From the NCBI GenBank assembly GCA_043228905.1, contig JBHGNT010000003.1, positions 20,088,001 to 20,152,000 of the forward strand: 64,000 nt of DNA, read 5' to 3'. Position numbers and translations under genes: made by a program. Below, piece by piece: positions 1-13,479 of this stretch (the stretch's first letter is position 1; every line of letters starts with the position of its first letter). Source of the stretch: Azolla caroliniana (Eukaryota; Plantae; Polypodiophyta). The notes under the pieces are model-generated. The model worked only from the letters and a program-made list of their open reading frames with translations, searched no databases and was not told where the DNA came from.

Positions 1-1493
1 TTATCATCTATTTGGATGATCTACTGGTTTATTCGAAGACCCAAGAAGAGAATGATTCTCATGTACTATTAGTACTAAAATGACTTCGAGAACATGGTCT
101 TTATGCAAAACTGGAAAAATGTAGTTTCGGGTGCAACCAGGTCAAATTTTTGGGCTATGTCATGTCCTCGAAAGGCATCTCCATGGATCCAGCTAAGGTC
201 AAAATGGTGGTAGAGTGGCAGACTCCGTGTTTGTTGCGAGATGTGCAATGCTTTTTAGGCTTTGCCAATTTCTACCACAAGTTCATACAGGATTACTCAA
301 AGCTTGTTCTGCATCTCACACAATTTACGAGGAAGGGAAAATTGTTCGTTTGGTTTGAAGAAGCGGACATTGCTTTTGAGAGTCTTAAGAAGGCATTTAC
401 ATCAGTTCCTATTTTAGCTCATGTTGATCTAGAGAAACCATTCATCATTGAAGGAGACGCGTTGGATTTCGCTTTGGGTAGCATTCTGTCTCAACAAGGC
501 GATGATGAGAAGCTACATCCTATGGCTTTCCATTCACGCAAGTTTGACTCCGCGGAAATCAACTATGAAATTCATGATAAGGAGCTATTAGCAATAGTGG
601 ACTCTTTTACACAATGGAGGTATTTTCTAGAGGGGTCTTCTCATCAAGTCATCGTATTCAGTAATCACAAAAACCTTGCCTACTTTCAGAATGCTCGTGT
701 GTTAAATCAACGTCAAGCTCGGTGGGCCCAATTCCTTACTCGTGTCGACTTCAAAATTACACATCGTCCAAGGAAGCAACAAGGGAAAGCAGATGCATTA
801 TCACGGCGTTTGTATCTAGCACTGTGTCCCGGTGAGCCGGCTTTCGATAACCAAAAGCAAGTAATCTTGGGATCAACACGATTGCAAGCAACGCAGGTCT
901 TCGGTATGCCCTTGGATTCCCAAGTTATTGATACCATTCGTGAGGACTTGAAGACAGATGTTTTCGCTCAAAACATTTGAGCACAAATTGATCCCTCTCA
1001 AGCATCTTGTTCACAGTCGCAACAACCAGGTACGGACTATCGACAATTCGAATGTCATGATGGATTACTATTCTTTAAGAAACTCTTGTATGTTCCTAAT
1101 GGTACTTGTCGCCTTCAAGTAGTCCAAAACTGTCACGACACATATACAATTGGGCATTTCAGTAGTACTAAAACACTAGATTTAGTACAACGATCCTTCA
1201 GGTGGCTCCATATGCGACAATTTGTCGAAGATTTTGTTTGGCCTTGTGATACATGTTGCAGAGCAAAAATGCGAAGGCATCATCCATATGGTTTATTAGA
1301 ACCATTACCAATTCCAAGCAAGCCATGGAAATCCATTGCCCTAGATTTCATCACAGATCTTCCGGTCCCTAAGGGATTCGATGCAATCTTAACAATAGTA
1401 GATCGATATACGAAGATGGCCCATTTCCTACCATGTACTAAGGAAATCTCCAATGAAGAAATCGCCGAAATTGTCATGCGTGAGGTATGTCGG
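1..1493 (+). pseudogene. Chromovirus pol, RT/RNase H/integrase N-part, with in-frame stops
   Basis: ORFs 150-980 and 1086-1568 carry RNase H and integrase HHCC/DFITDLP motifs; premature stops. Confidence 0.9.
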
Positions 1494-1894
1494 TGTAAAG
1501 AATCGGATATGATTCTTGTGAAGCGGAAGAGATGTGAGGTATGTGTGTGTATGAGAGAGAGTGAGTGAGTGAGTGAGTGAGAGAGAGACAAGGAGTAACA
1601 CACAGAGAATACGCAAGGTAAAAGTATATTAACAAAGGAGAAAGACTCAACATACTACAAGGTGGGAGGAGGGTGCTTTATATAGTCACCCTCTCTCTTC
1701 ATTAACAACAAGACTCATGGAGCATGGGGAATGAGAAAGCTCATAAGTTATGTGTCATAGAATATGATTTTATGACTCATACTAAATGCTAGAATACAAA
1801 GTGGTGACATAATGGTGACTCTTGGCCATTGGCGTCTCTATTCACTCTCAAGGTGAGTTCACACACTAGACCAAGTTGAGCTTGATTCTCAACA
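1494..1894 (-). repeat. 3' LTR of the Copia element
   Basis: Direct repeat of 6575-6968 with about 11 substitutions by eye plus a GA/GT microsatellite difference; PPT (AGCTTGAGGGGGTG on minus) abuts it at 1895-1908. Confidence 0.96.
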
Positions 1895-2122
1895 CACCCC
1901 CTCAAGCTCAAGTCGGGTCAGTTTCAGACAGTATCCGAAATCCGCTTCGACTTGTGTTCCGGAGTCCGCGTTGATTCGCATTTATGCGTAGTTGCGGAAT
2001 CAGTGCTCCAGCTTGCGTTGTGCGTAGTTGCGAAGTCTGTGCTTCGGCTTGCGTCTTCTTCGTGGCTTTATGCAGTAGATCGGCTCCTCACGGCTTCGTT
2101 GTGCGGTTGCGAAATCCACTCG

Positions 2123-5100
2123 TTATTGCATAGTGTCTTCAGTACTCCCCCTCAAGCTTGGCAGGTCAGGGATCGTCAATCCGAGATCGGTCATGAATTG
2201 CCATAGCTTGTCGACTCCTAAGGCCTTAGTGAAGATGTCGGCCGTTTGAAGATTTGTGCTAATGTGTTGTAGGTCGACATCGCCAGCTAGAACACGCTCC
2301 CGGATGAAGTGATAGTGCACTTCGATGTGCTTCGTCCGCGTGTGGATCACCGGGTTCCGAGCCAAATAGATACTGCTAATGTTGTCGCAGTAAAGGGAAG
2401 TCGGATCCTTGATGGGTACGCCCAGATCCCTGAGTATCCTTTTGAGCCATACGGCTTCACATGCGGCCATTGCCGCGCTCCTATATTCCGCCTCTGTGCT
2501 CAAAAGAGCGACGGTTGATTGCTTTTTGTTGCTCCAAGATATTGCTCCGCTGCCGAGGGAGAAAACAAATCCGGAGGTTGATCTTCTATCGGCTTCGTAG
2601 CCGGCCCAATCGGCGTCTGTGTACCCCTCGAGTCGTATTGGCATCGCGGTCTTGTAGAGGATGCCGCAATCTATTGTGCCGCTCACGTATCGTAGAACTT
2701 GCTTAGCGCAATCCAAGTGAGTATCACACGGTGTTTGCATGAATTGGCTAAGGAGACCGACCGGATAACTGAGATCGGGTCGTGTGATCCTGAGGTAGAT
2801 GAGACTCCCGATGAGTTGCCGATACTGAGTCAGCTCACACGCTTTGGTGCCAGAGTTTGCATCTAGTTTGAGATTGCGATCGAGTGGGGTCGCCGCGGAT
2901 TTGCACTCAACCATCCCGAACTGGTATAACAAGTTGAGGATATAGTGTCATTGAGAGCTCATGATTCCGGCCGGAGTCCAAATTACCTCGATACCGAGGA
3001 AGTAGTGGAGCTCCTTCATGTCCGTCATCTCAAACTTGTCAGAAAGGAGGGATTTGACCTTATTGATTTCGGTGAGATGTGCACCTCCAATGACTAGGTC
3101 ATCCACATACAAGATGATGACGATCGGACTTGCGGAACCGCTTCGTATGTAGAGGGAGTTGTTTGATTTTGACATACGGAAGCCGATTTGATGAAGATAT
3201 TGCGTTATCTTCGAATGCCAAGCACACGGTGCTTGCTTGAGGCCGTAGAGTGGCTTCTTGAGTCCGCATACAGCTTTTGGATGGGTGCTCGAGTTGAAGC
3301 CGGGTGGTTGTATCATGTACACCTCCTCTTCTAATTCTCCTTGTAGAAAGGCGTTCTTGACGTCCATTTGAGGGAGGTGCCACCCTTTTGCCGCGGCAAG
3401 CGCAATTACGGTCCGTACTATCATCATCTTTCCCACCGGAGCAAAGGTCTCCTCGTAGTGAACTCCGTGCATTTGGGCATAGCCTTTCGCTACAAGTCGC
3501 GCTTTGTAGCGGTTGACGGAACCGTCGGCGTTATACTTCACTTTGTAAATCCATCTGCATCCGATCACCTTTTTGTGTGGTGAGGTGTGAACGAGATCCC
3601 ATGTCTTGTTCTTGCGTAGTGCTTGCATCTCCTCGTTCATGGCTTCGATCTATCGCGGATCCTTGGCTACTTCGGAAAATGTTTCTGGCTCGCATATAGT
3701 GATATGCCATGTAGTCGTTGTAGCCGAATCGGCTGACCGGATTCTTTTCACAGGTGGAGCAACGGAGTTTTTCATTTGCAGAGATGAGGGCTTTCTTAGC
3801 TCCGATTGGTACATCGAAGCCGCCGAACTCACTGTCGAGTGAGTGAGTCGACTCATCGTCGTCGAAGCAATCGTCTTCGTATTCCGCCATTTTCGCCTTG
3901 CCTTTGTCCATCTTCGGGCTAGGCCATGATGTGCGTTGATCGCTCAAAGGCACTTGTGGTCCGCTTAGTCGGGTCGTGATCGAACTTTCTTCGAACATGC
4001 GTGTAAGGCGATCTTCATCCTATATCTCTTGTTCGACAGATTCCGGGTTGAGCGGAGTCGAAGTCGAAGTTGTCTCTCGTGCGTACCAGGATGAGGATTC
4101 GTAAAAAACGACGTCTCGACTTACTCGAGATTTTCGAGTTGAGGGGTTGTAGCACTTGTACCCCTTTTGCTCCAGTGAGTATCCTACGAGGATACATTTC
4201 TCCGACTTTGGGTCAAGCTTTTGACGCTTCTCGTCGGGGATGTGCATGTACGCTATTGCGCCGAATATCCGGGTGTGCGATAAGTTCGGCTTCTTTCCGA
4301 AGTATTTTTCGTGCGGAGTGACCTTGTGCACTCCAGATGTTGTGCACCGGTTCATTAGGTAGACGATCGTATTTGCAGCTTCGGCCCAATATGACTTGGG
4401 CATATGCTTCTCATTCATCATGACCCACACTGCTTCGAGGATGTGCCGATTTTTGCGCTCGGCTACTCCGTTTTGTTGCAGAGTGTGTCGGCAAGTGAAT
4501 TCTCACCAAATTCCTTCCTTTTGGAGATACATCGTGAAATCATCCGAGAAGTACTCCTTGCCGCCATCCGATCGAAGGCATCGTACATGACGGCCCGTGG
4601 TTTTCTCGACTTCATTCTTGAATTTTTGGAAGTGTCCGAACACTTCACTCTTTTGCCACATCGGATAGATCCAAGTGTGCCTAGAGAAATTGTCGATGAA
4701 GGTCACGTAGTATCGGCTTCCGCTGAATGTCATTGTCTGAGTTGGACCCCATATGTCGGAATGGATTACGTCGAGTAGACCTTTGCTTACGTTCCGCTCT
4801 TTCAGGAATGGGTGTCAGTGTTGCTTGCTGAATTGGCACACTTCGCATACACCCTCAATCTCCTTCTCTTTGAATGTCAGGAGTCCGATGACGACTCCTT
4901 TCGATTTCATTGGTTTGAGTTTGATTAGATTGATGTGACCGATTCGCTTGTGCCATAGCTCTATGTCGGAGTTGTCTTTCGTGCTTTTTGCAAATATGGC
5001 GGATTTCATCTCGTGTGAATCAAGAATGAATATCCGGCCCTCTCTTCTTCTGCGTGTGATGATTCGGCCCTCTTTTTCGATGAAGCACCCTTCTTGTTCA

Positions 5101-6418
5101 AATCGTACTTGCATTCCTTGCTCAACCATTTGGCCGACCGAGACCAAATTCTTCGTGATGGTGGGAACATGCAAGACATTTTTAATGTATGTTTGCTTAC
5201 CTCTTTCGCCGAACAGAACATTGTCGATGTGCCAAATTGGGTGCGTAGTGTCATCTCCGGTTTCGACATAACCGGGTCGCTTTGGCTCTCGATGTTCGAG
5301 AAACCATTCTTTATGAGAGCTCATATGGTTTGAGGCTCCGGAGTCAACAAACCATACGTCCTCCGGATTGAGGGCACTAGTTGAGGTGGAGGCCGACATA
5401 GAGTTTGCTCTATGTTTCATGATGAACATTCCGTCACGGTTGGAGTTGTGTGCATACATTCCGCCTCGATCTTCGTAGTCAGAGTTGTGCCCGTACATTC
5501 CGCTATAATCTTCGTAGTCGGAATTGTGCACGTAATTCGTGAGTTGTCGGCTTGTGGAAGCCGATTCGCGCATCTTCTTTCGGCACTCTTCTTCGTGGTG
5601 GCCGAGCTTTCCGCAATATCCGCATTTGGTTGCGTTTTGACGGCTTAGGTCGGAGTGGAAGCTCCCCCTTCTTGCGAAGGCTCCTCGTTGGCTTCCGTTT
5701 TGCGGCCGAAATTGGGAGCTGTTGTCGTAGGTCGGACCTCGTCCGCCTTGTCCTTGGCCGAATCGGCCTCTCGCTCGTCTGTGTCCTCTTCCTCCGTTTG
5801 AGTGCGTGTAGAGCATGTGGCCTTCCGACACATTGCTCCTTGTACGCACGTGGTTTTCTTCGACCAATAGCATTGACTAGAGCTCGAAGAAGGAGGGAGA
5901 TTTCTCCCTTGCTAGAACGGCGGTTCGCATCGCGCCGAACCGTGGTGTGAGGCCGCCGAGGCATATTTGCACCATCTCACCACCATCGATACTTACGCTT
6001 ATCGAGCCGAGCGAGTCGCAAAGCTCCTTGATCTTCAAGGTGTATGTCATGATGGACATGTCCCTTTGTTGAATGTTGTTTGAAACTCTTGGCGGAGTTG
6101 AAGCCTTCTTGTGGTTGTGTTTGTCGCGAAAATCTTTTGTAGATTTTCCCATGTCTCCTTCAGCGTCTTGGCTTTGCGAATGTAGCCGAGCATGTGATCG
6201 TGAACACATGTCGCCAAGCAATACATCACGCAGCTTGCAGCTTGCTCCCATGTCGCGTATCCGGGAGCCACTTCGGCGGGTCGGTCTTCGTGCTCTCCTT
6301 TGATGTAGCTCCAATAGCCTTGTCCGACAAGGTATTGGTGCATCTTGTACTCCCAAGATGCGAAGTTGTTTCGATCCAACTTCTCGGTAGGGAGAGCACT
6401 CCCCATTTGAGTATTCAT
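2123..6418 (-). pseudogene. Copia gag-pol polyprotein, frameshifted and with stops
   Basis: Gag (KLDRNNFASW), CCHC knuckle CGYCGKLGHHEEEC, protease WFVDSGAS, integrase (SDGGKEY, WAEA), RT (YKARLVAKG, YVDD), RNase H (DADWAG, RTKHIEVHYHF). Confidence 0.95.
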
Positions 6419-6563
6419 TATGTCGATTCTTCTTCTTCTTCTTCTTCTTCTCTCTTCGAATGCGAGGTATGTAGCGAAGCTACGATAGCGATGAACCGGT
6501 GCTTTTGGAACGTCGGCGTAGAGCTCAATACACGCGGATGGGCTAGATGGAGCTACCAAACCA

Positions 6564-6574
6564 CTCTGATACCA
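6564..6574 (-). promoter_or_regulatory. Primer binding site for tRNA-iMet
   Basis: TGGTATCAGAG on the minus strand directly after the 5' LTR. Confidence 0.92.
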
Positions 6575-6968
6575 TGTAAAGAATCGGATATTATTCTTGT
6601 GAAGCGGAAGAGAGTGAGTTATGTGTGTGTATGAGAGAGAGAGAGAGTGAGAGTGAGAGAGACAAGGAATAAGACACAGAGAATACACAAGGTAAAAGTA
6701 TATTAACAAAGGAGAAAGACTCAACATACTACAAGGTGGGAGGAGGGTGCTTTATATAGTCACCCTCTCTCTTCATTAACTACAAGACTCATGGAGCATG
6801 GGGAATGTGAAAGCTCATAAGTTATGTGTCATAGAATATGATTCTATGACTCATACTAAATGCTAGAATACAAAGTGGTGACATAATGGTGACTCTTGGC
6901 CGTTGGAGTGTCTATTCACTCTCAAGGTGAGTTCACACACTAGACCAAGTTGAGCTTGATTCTCAACA
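6575..6968 (-). repeat. 5' LTR of the Copia element
   Basis: Begins TGTAAAG, ends CTCAACA, repeat of 1494-1894. Confidence 0.96.
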
Positions 6969-6973
6969 GTCGG

Positions 6974-7979
6974 CATCATGGCCTTCTCGATAGTATCATC
7001 AGCGACCGTGAACCCCAGTTCATCTCGAAGTTCTAGAAGCACCTCTTTAAAATGCTTAAGGTCACTTGACCTCTCCTTCGGCTACCACCCGCAAACAAAC
7101 GGCCAAGCATAACGAATAAATCAAACCCTGGAGCAGTATCTTCGGTGCTTTTTAAGCTATCATCGAGATGATTGGGCGGATATTCTCCACTTCGCCGAAT
7201 TTGCTTATAATAACTCTGTCCACTCATCGACAAAGGTGACATCATTTTATGCTTACACGGGTTGTCACTCTCGGTGGTGTGTATTTGACACCCCAGAGTT
7301 ACCTACAAATCCTTGTGCAGAGGATCGTTTGGAGCGGCTACGTAAGATACAAGCAGATTTATCTACTCATCTACAACAAGCTCAACAAACACACAATGTT
7401 TACGCGGATCGTCATCGGCTTCCATCCAGTTTTGACATTGGAGATCGGGTGTGGCTACTACGACGACACATCAAGACTACTCGCCCATGCGAGAAGTTGG
7501 ATTACCGGCGATTAGGTCCTTTCCGTATTATCGGAAAACTTAATGATGTCGCTTTTCTTCTTGATCTACCTCCACAACTTTGGATACATCCAGTGTTTCA
7601 TAGTTCTCTCCTCAAACCCCATCAAGACAACACCATCCTAGATCGTATTAAACAACCTCTACCCCCGATCGAGCTTGAAGATAGACCTGAGTATGAGGTT
7701 GCCGCCATCCTTGGTTCCAAGATTGTTCGCAACAAGCTCTACTATTTAGTCGATTTGCTAGGATATAGTCCCAGTGAGCATCTCGACGTTCACGTTGACG
7801 GAGGCGAGAGAGTCACAAATTTCTTTGATCTTGGTGGTGTAATCAGGGAACCAATAAAGAATGTGACTAATGCTCGTGCTCTTCTTGAAGATTTCCATCG
7901 TCAATATCTAGACAAACCCGGTCCTCGATCCAAAACGACTAGTGACGCTCGTCGTTTTAAAAGGGGGGTAGTGTCATGA
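6974..7979 (+). pseudogene. Chromovirus integrase C-part, GPY/F region and chromodomain
   Basis: HGLLDSIISDR continues integrase across the TSD; KLDYRRLGPF, IHPVFH, chromodomain motif. Confidence 0.9.
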
Positions 7980-8377
7980 TATGGCAAGACTCGAACCCAT
8001 TAACTTATGTTACATGAGTTGAGCTCTTACGATTAGGCTATGTATTGTAATATGAAGGATATTATTTTCATTTAAGTTTTACTATAGAAAATTGATGTAT
8101 ATTCCATATTTCTCTGGAACATTCTAGAAACTTCAGGAGTACTCTTGAGAACATTATTTCGAACCAAATCGGTTCAACACCAGTCTTAAGCCTCCTAGCT
8201 ACTATTGTATATTCCCTTAACATAATATAAATCTTTTGTTATCCTCATTCTCTCTCTCTCTCTCTCTCTCACTCACTCTCTCCTTCTCTCGAGAGTTCTA
8301 CACCTCCCTTAGTACTAATCCTCATCTTTTAGTATTGTTCCTGATAGTACTTCTCTGTCTTAGTACTGCTCCTGACA
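7972..8377 (+). repeat. 3' LTR of the chromovirus
   Basis: Follows the PPT; TGTCA...TGACA inverted termini; another element's RT reading frame starts right after. Confidence 0.85.
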
Positions 8378-10950
8378 GCAATGCCATTACCGAATGAATC
8401 CCAACTATGCGGCCAAAGTGAATGAAGAGATAGATAAAGTTCTTAGTGACGGGTTCATCCGGCCAGTCAAAAGAGCCACATGGTTAAGTCCCATTGTGGT
8501 CGTACCAAAAAGGAATGGACAAATCCGGGTATGCGTGGATTACCAAAAGCTCAACGCAACCACAATTACGAATGTGTTTCCACTTCCGTTCACCAACAAC
8601 ATCCTCGATACGGTTGTTGGCCATGACTGCTATAGTTTTTTAGACGGCTTCAGTGGTTACAATCAGATCCATATGCACTCGAATGATCAAGAAAAGACAT
8701 CATTCATAACGGAATGGGGTGTGTTCATAGCCATAGTAATGATGTTTGGATTAAAAATGGCACCCGCCACGTTTCAACGAATCATCTCCGAAATCTTCGA
8801 GGACTTCATTCCGGCTTTCATGCAAGTCTTCATTGATGATTTAGCGGTGCATGGGCAACAATTGGAGCACCTTGCACATTTACAATTGTGCCTTGAAAGA
8901 TGTCGGTTGGCACGAGTCAGCCTAAACTCGGCAAAATGCGCTTTCCACATTACAAGCGCTACTTTACTTGGCCACATTGTCAATCGAGATGGCATTGTCT
9001 TGGATCCTGACAAAGTTCAAGCCATCTTGAATGCCCCGGCCCCAGCCACGGCCAAAGCACTTAACAGATTTTTAGGTCAAATACGATGGCATAGTCGTAT
9101 GCTTCGATACCTCGCTGATTTCGCGACCCCCTTGCACACAACAGTCCACGCGATTCCCTTTCGATGGACAGAACGAGAAGACAAAGCTCAATCACTCAAA
9201 GTAATGCTTTCCCATGCTCTAGTGGTCCAACCTCCGGATTGGGCACAACCCTTTCACGTATTCATAGATGCATCCGACATCGCCATTGGCAGCGTTTTAA
9301 TGCAGAAAAACTCCCGTGAATTGGTATCACCCCGTTTACTACGCTAGCCGACGTCTCTCGACAGCGGAAAGGAATTACTCCACCATGGAACGTGAAGCGC
9401 TCGGCATGATCTATAGTATCACTAAATTACGAGACTATCTGCTCGGCCGAAAATTCACTTTCCACGTGGATCATTTGGCACTGTTGTATCTTGTTCATAA
9501 ACAAGCCCTGAGTGGTCACTTAGCACGGTGGATGCTACTCCTTCAAGAGTTCAATTTCGATATCCAACACCGACTAGGGGTCCAACATGCGGTAGTCGAT
9601 TACCTTAGCTTATTAGAATCTCGGGAACCTACGGAACAGGAATACGATGACTTACGATCCCGAAGACACTTGGATCATTGACATCACAGACTTCTTGAGT
9701 ACTGACCTTCCACCGGACCATCTCACATTGGATGCTAAAAAACGGCTAGCATTCCAAAGCCGAAACTTCTGTTTACTTTCGAATACTCTGTATCACAAAG
9801 GCTCGGACAGCATTTGGGGACACGTGCGGTCTGACAATTCGAGAAGGATGTCATGCTCTGCGATGTGCATCAAGGAATTGCGGGCGGCCATTACGCAAGA
9901 GACGCCAAAACACAAAAAATATGGCAGATCGGGTTATGGTGGTCGACTACGAAAAAAGACGCTCATAATTTCTACAAACAATGTGCGACCTCTGCCAACG
10001 GATGGTACATCCAAGCGAACGTGACCGCACGCAACACCAACCCATCCTTCCTTTGGAACCTTTCCAAAAGTGGGCATTGGATTTCGTGGGTCCCTTTAAA
10101 CCTTCCGCAACATGCACGGGTAATAAATACATCCTCGTGGCGACCGATCACTGCACGAAATGGGTCAAAGTGAAAGCGCTCCGAGATAACACGGTTGCGT
10201 CCACCGCAAAATTCATCTACGAAAATCTATGGTGTCGTTTCGAGTGCCCAATCGAACTGGTGAGTGATCAAGGAGGCCTCTTCATCAATCAAATCATACG
10301 CGAACTAACCTCGCATTACGTTGTGGTACACAAGAAAAGCACTCTGCACTACCCTCAAGCCAATGGTATTGCCGAGACAACGAATAAAACCCTCCAAACG
10401 ATTCTGAAGAAAATCATAAGTGAGCATCGCACAGATTGGGACGAAAAATTACACAGTGCCATGTGGGCCTATCGCACGATGTTCAAAACTAGTATCGGGT
10501 CCACACCTTTTCAATTGTCTTTTGGATTGGAAGTCATAATGCCAATTGAATTCCAAATACCTAGCTTGTGATTACAAATAGCCGAACGCTTACCAGAATC
10601 AAAGTCCGAACAACAGTGTCTAGTCCAACTGCTTGAACTTGGGGAAGAACGCATTACCAACCTGGCCCAATTAGAACACGGCCAAAGAAAACGAAAAGCT
10701 TTCGTTGACAGACATCGCTAGATTCCGGACAAAGCTTTCAAATTTGGACAACCAATTTTACTTTTCCAAACAAAACTCGGGGCGATGCCTGACAAGCTTC
10801 GATTCTGATGGAGAGGCCCATTCTGGATTATCAACATGTACAACGGCACGTTCAGCTGGGCACACTAGCCGGCGAACCACTTTTCCACTGGGTCAACGGA
10901 TTTTGATTGAAACCATACCATGGACCTACACTAGCTAACCCCTTCAACAC
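8378..10950 (+). pseudogene. Gypsy pol (RT-RH-INT), frameshifted
   Basis: ORFs 8394-9347, 9316-9681, 9647-10024, 9853-10173 and 9981-10571 tile the domains. Confidence 0.92.
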
Positions 10951-13479
10951 GCAATGGCATGACCACAACCAATCTCTAGTAGGTGGAACAGAAAATTTCG
11001 AGGGCATCACGCCTCAATCATGATAATGGCCCTACCTACCTTGCACATTTACATTATTATTATTTAATAAAAGAAAAAGAAAAAAGAAAGAAAAAAAGAA
11101 AAAAAGAGAGACCTACTCACTATTTAAAGACGAGGAATGACCTTCAAGAAAAGAAAGTACGGAAGGTTCACACGACGCGTGGCCCTTAACTATCAGTATG
11201 GCAAGGAAGATCCTCAATCTAGGGCACAAGGGCACATCTCGAGAACCGAGGCATTCACATAAAAGATGCAACAACATCCATAGCAACCACAATCGTTCTA
11301 CTCAACCCTGCTATCACTCTCTTACTCTCTGTAACCTACCTCCTTCTCGCTCTCCATCTCCACAGCCTTCTGAGTTTTCCGATCACAACATGCCGCTCGA
11401 AGTATCTAAGGAGCTCCACACTTGGATAACTAGACACGGCTTAACGGGTTATCTCAACGTCCTCAAAGCACCTCCTAACCCGGAAGCCCAGGCCATCGCC
11501 AAGAAAATCCACCCTGACACCATCATCAACAATATGATTCATGCAATGCTGCGATTGCAGAGAGGGGGCGAGCACGACATCGATGCGCCGCCCCAACATA
11601 TTTTGGAGCAACACTTCAGAGAGTATTCGCTCTCGGCGAAGGCCCATCGCACTCATGGGGGTCCCAACTAGTTCTTCAGGAACCTAGCCCAATTTCTCCT
11701 CGAATACGCCCGCGTCCATGCCAACCCCTACAACATGCCAAAGAAGAAGGCAGGATTGATCATCACGGGTTATCGTGGGGGAGCCATAGATTGGGGTATT
11801 ATAACAAGCAAAGGAGTCCACGCAGCCATCATCTCCTTTCAATCAGGGAAAGGATTTTTACCGGTACTAGCAAGGTACATTGTCGTGCTTTACCCTCCCC
11901 AGGCATAGACGCCACGCCGAACATTGGCACTTCCGACTCCACCTCCTAAAGGCATACGACAGTGCACGTTGCAATTGTCGCATGAAGAGTGGTAGGATGA
12001 CGATACCCAGGCCCTTACCACAACCCCAGCCGATAAAAACACCGAAGAAGGGGACAACATCACTATACATAGTCGTGATAAGCCGGTACTGAAAATAACT
12101 TCGCCCCGCCCGACACCAAACCCAAAACCGGCCAAACAGACAAAACCGTCGCAGCTTGTTCTAGAGGTCCCACACTTAGTGGGAACCCAACAAAAATGGG
12201 ATCGTGATGAACGAACATCCTCGGAGGCAGATCCGGTCGTGAAGCGTCGCCGAACCAACCTAAACAGCACAAAACAGACGAAGGATGAAATTACGGCTGT
12301 TGACAAACAATTGATCGTCATACTAGAGAAATCTTTCGTGATCGAACAAACCACCTTGCTGGCTTCCGAAAGACAAATTGAACAAGGCCAACGCTCGCAG
12401 TTTTCGGAAGATGAGGTCTTAACGCATTTGAGCTCGACACAATCCTCCAGCATGGCACGACGTACAAACTCATAGACTTCTTGGCACGACTTCAAGTAGT
12501 TGTCGCGGCCCACATGGCCCAGGACATGCCGAACAAGAGGTCATAGAGATGGCCTTGGACAACGAGCTGACTTCAGATGATGACCCGAAACTATGGAAGA
12601 TTGGCCGGAAACGGACCGCGAAGAAGCGCCGCACACGTATTGAGCTTCCGGAGCTCAACACGGTGTTAGTAGAAGTCTACCGCGAATTGGAGAGAGCCAC
12701 ATGTGCCGCAAAAGATATGGCTGCACGAAACAAATTGGCGAGCAAACAGGCAAAGACTGCCACAGACTTGTGGCAGGCATCTAAGTTACAACGCTCTGAA
12801 CTCGAGCAATAACTCCATACAAAGGAGCAGACTACCACACTCGCCTTGCCGCCTTTCAAACCCACAACCAATGACATCGCGACGCAGACGGACCAACCAT
12901 GTGAGCCTGAACAGACTAACACGGTCGTTCATGCAAATTCACAATGTCGTCACGCTCTAACAACAACATCCACACAGACCGAGGAAGATTTTCACCAAAC
13001 CATTCGCCAGTACGAAGAAGAGATCGTTGTGCACAAGGCCATTCCGGATAAAGCTAAAGAACGCTACGAGTAAACCCAGACGGAGACTGCGAAGAGTAAG
13101 GAACAAGCCGCACAAAGAGAAGTCGAACTGAAGAAATTGCTCAACAAGCGGATAGCGCAGGTCCAGGAGGCAAAAACGAAAGCGGCCGAATCTATACAGG
13201 ACATTGCGGCCACACAAATCACCTCATTAAACAAGGAACTCGTTGAAATGTAGGTATGCTCCAATCAATTTTTGCAGAAATACGAAGACGCCGAAAAGGA
13301 ATGTTCCAGATTGGCTGACACCCTTCACGAAGGCCAAATCAATGCAACATTGGAACTCAGAATTGGACGCCAACACGATAGACTTCTGAAGGAATCAGAA
13401 GAAAACACAGATCATCTCCTTAAAAAGTTCGCTCAATTCACGAAAGAGGCAAAGGCACGGGTAACCGCCCTCAACACGT

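Larger units (their letters stand above)
1494..6968 (-). mobile_element. Full-length Ty1/Copia LTR retrotransposon with a degenerate gag-pol
   Basis: Two LTRs with TG..CA ends (1494-1894, 6575-6968), 5-bp TSD GTCGG at 1489-1493 and 6969-6973, PBS, PPT, domain order gag-PR-INT-RT-RH on the minus strand. Confidence 0.97.
1..8377 (+). mobile_element. Ty3/Gypsy chromovirus (Tcn1-like) LTR retrotransposon, 5' part outside the window, interrupted by a Copia at 1494-6968
   Basis: RT end (YLDD at ~9-20), RNase H (NYEIHDKELLAIV), integrase Zn finger and core (ORF 1086-1568, resuming at 6974 after the TSD), chromodomain (EYEVAAILGSKIVRNKLYYLV), PPT AAAAGGGGGG at 7959-7968, then an LTR with TGTCA...TGACA ends. 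Confidence 0.92.
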
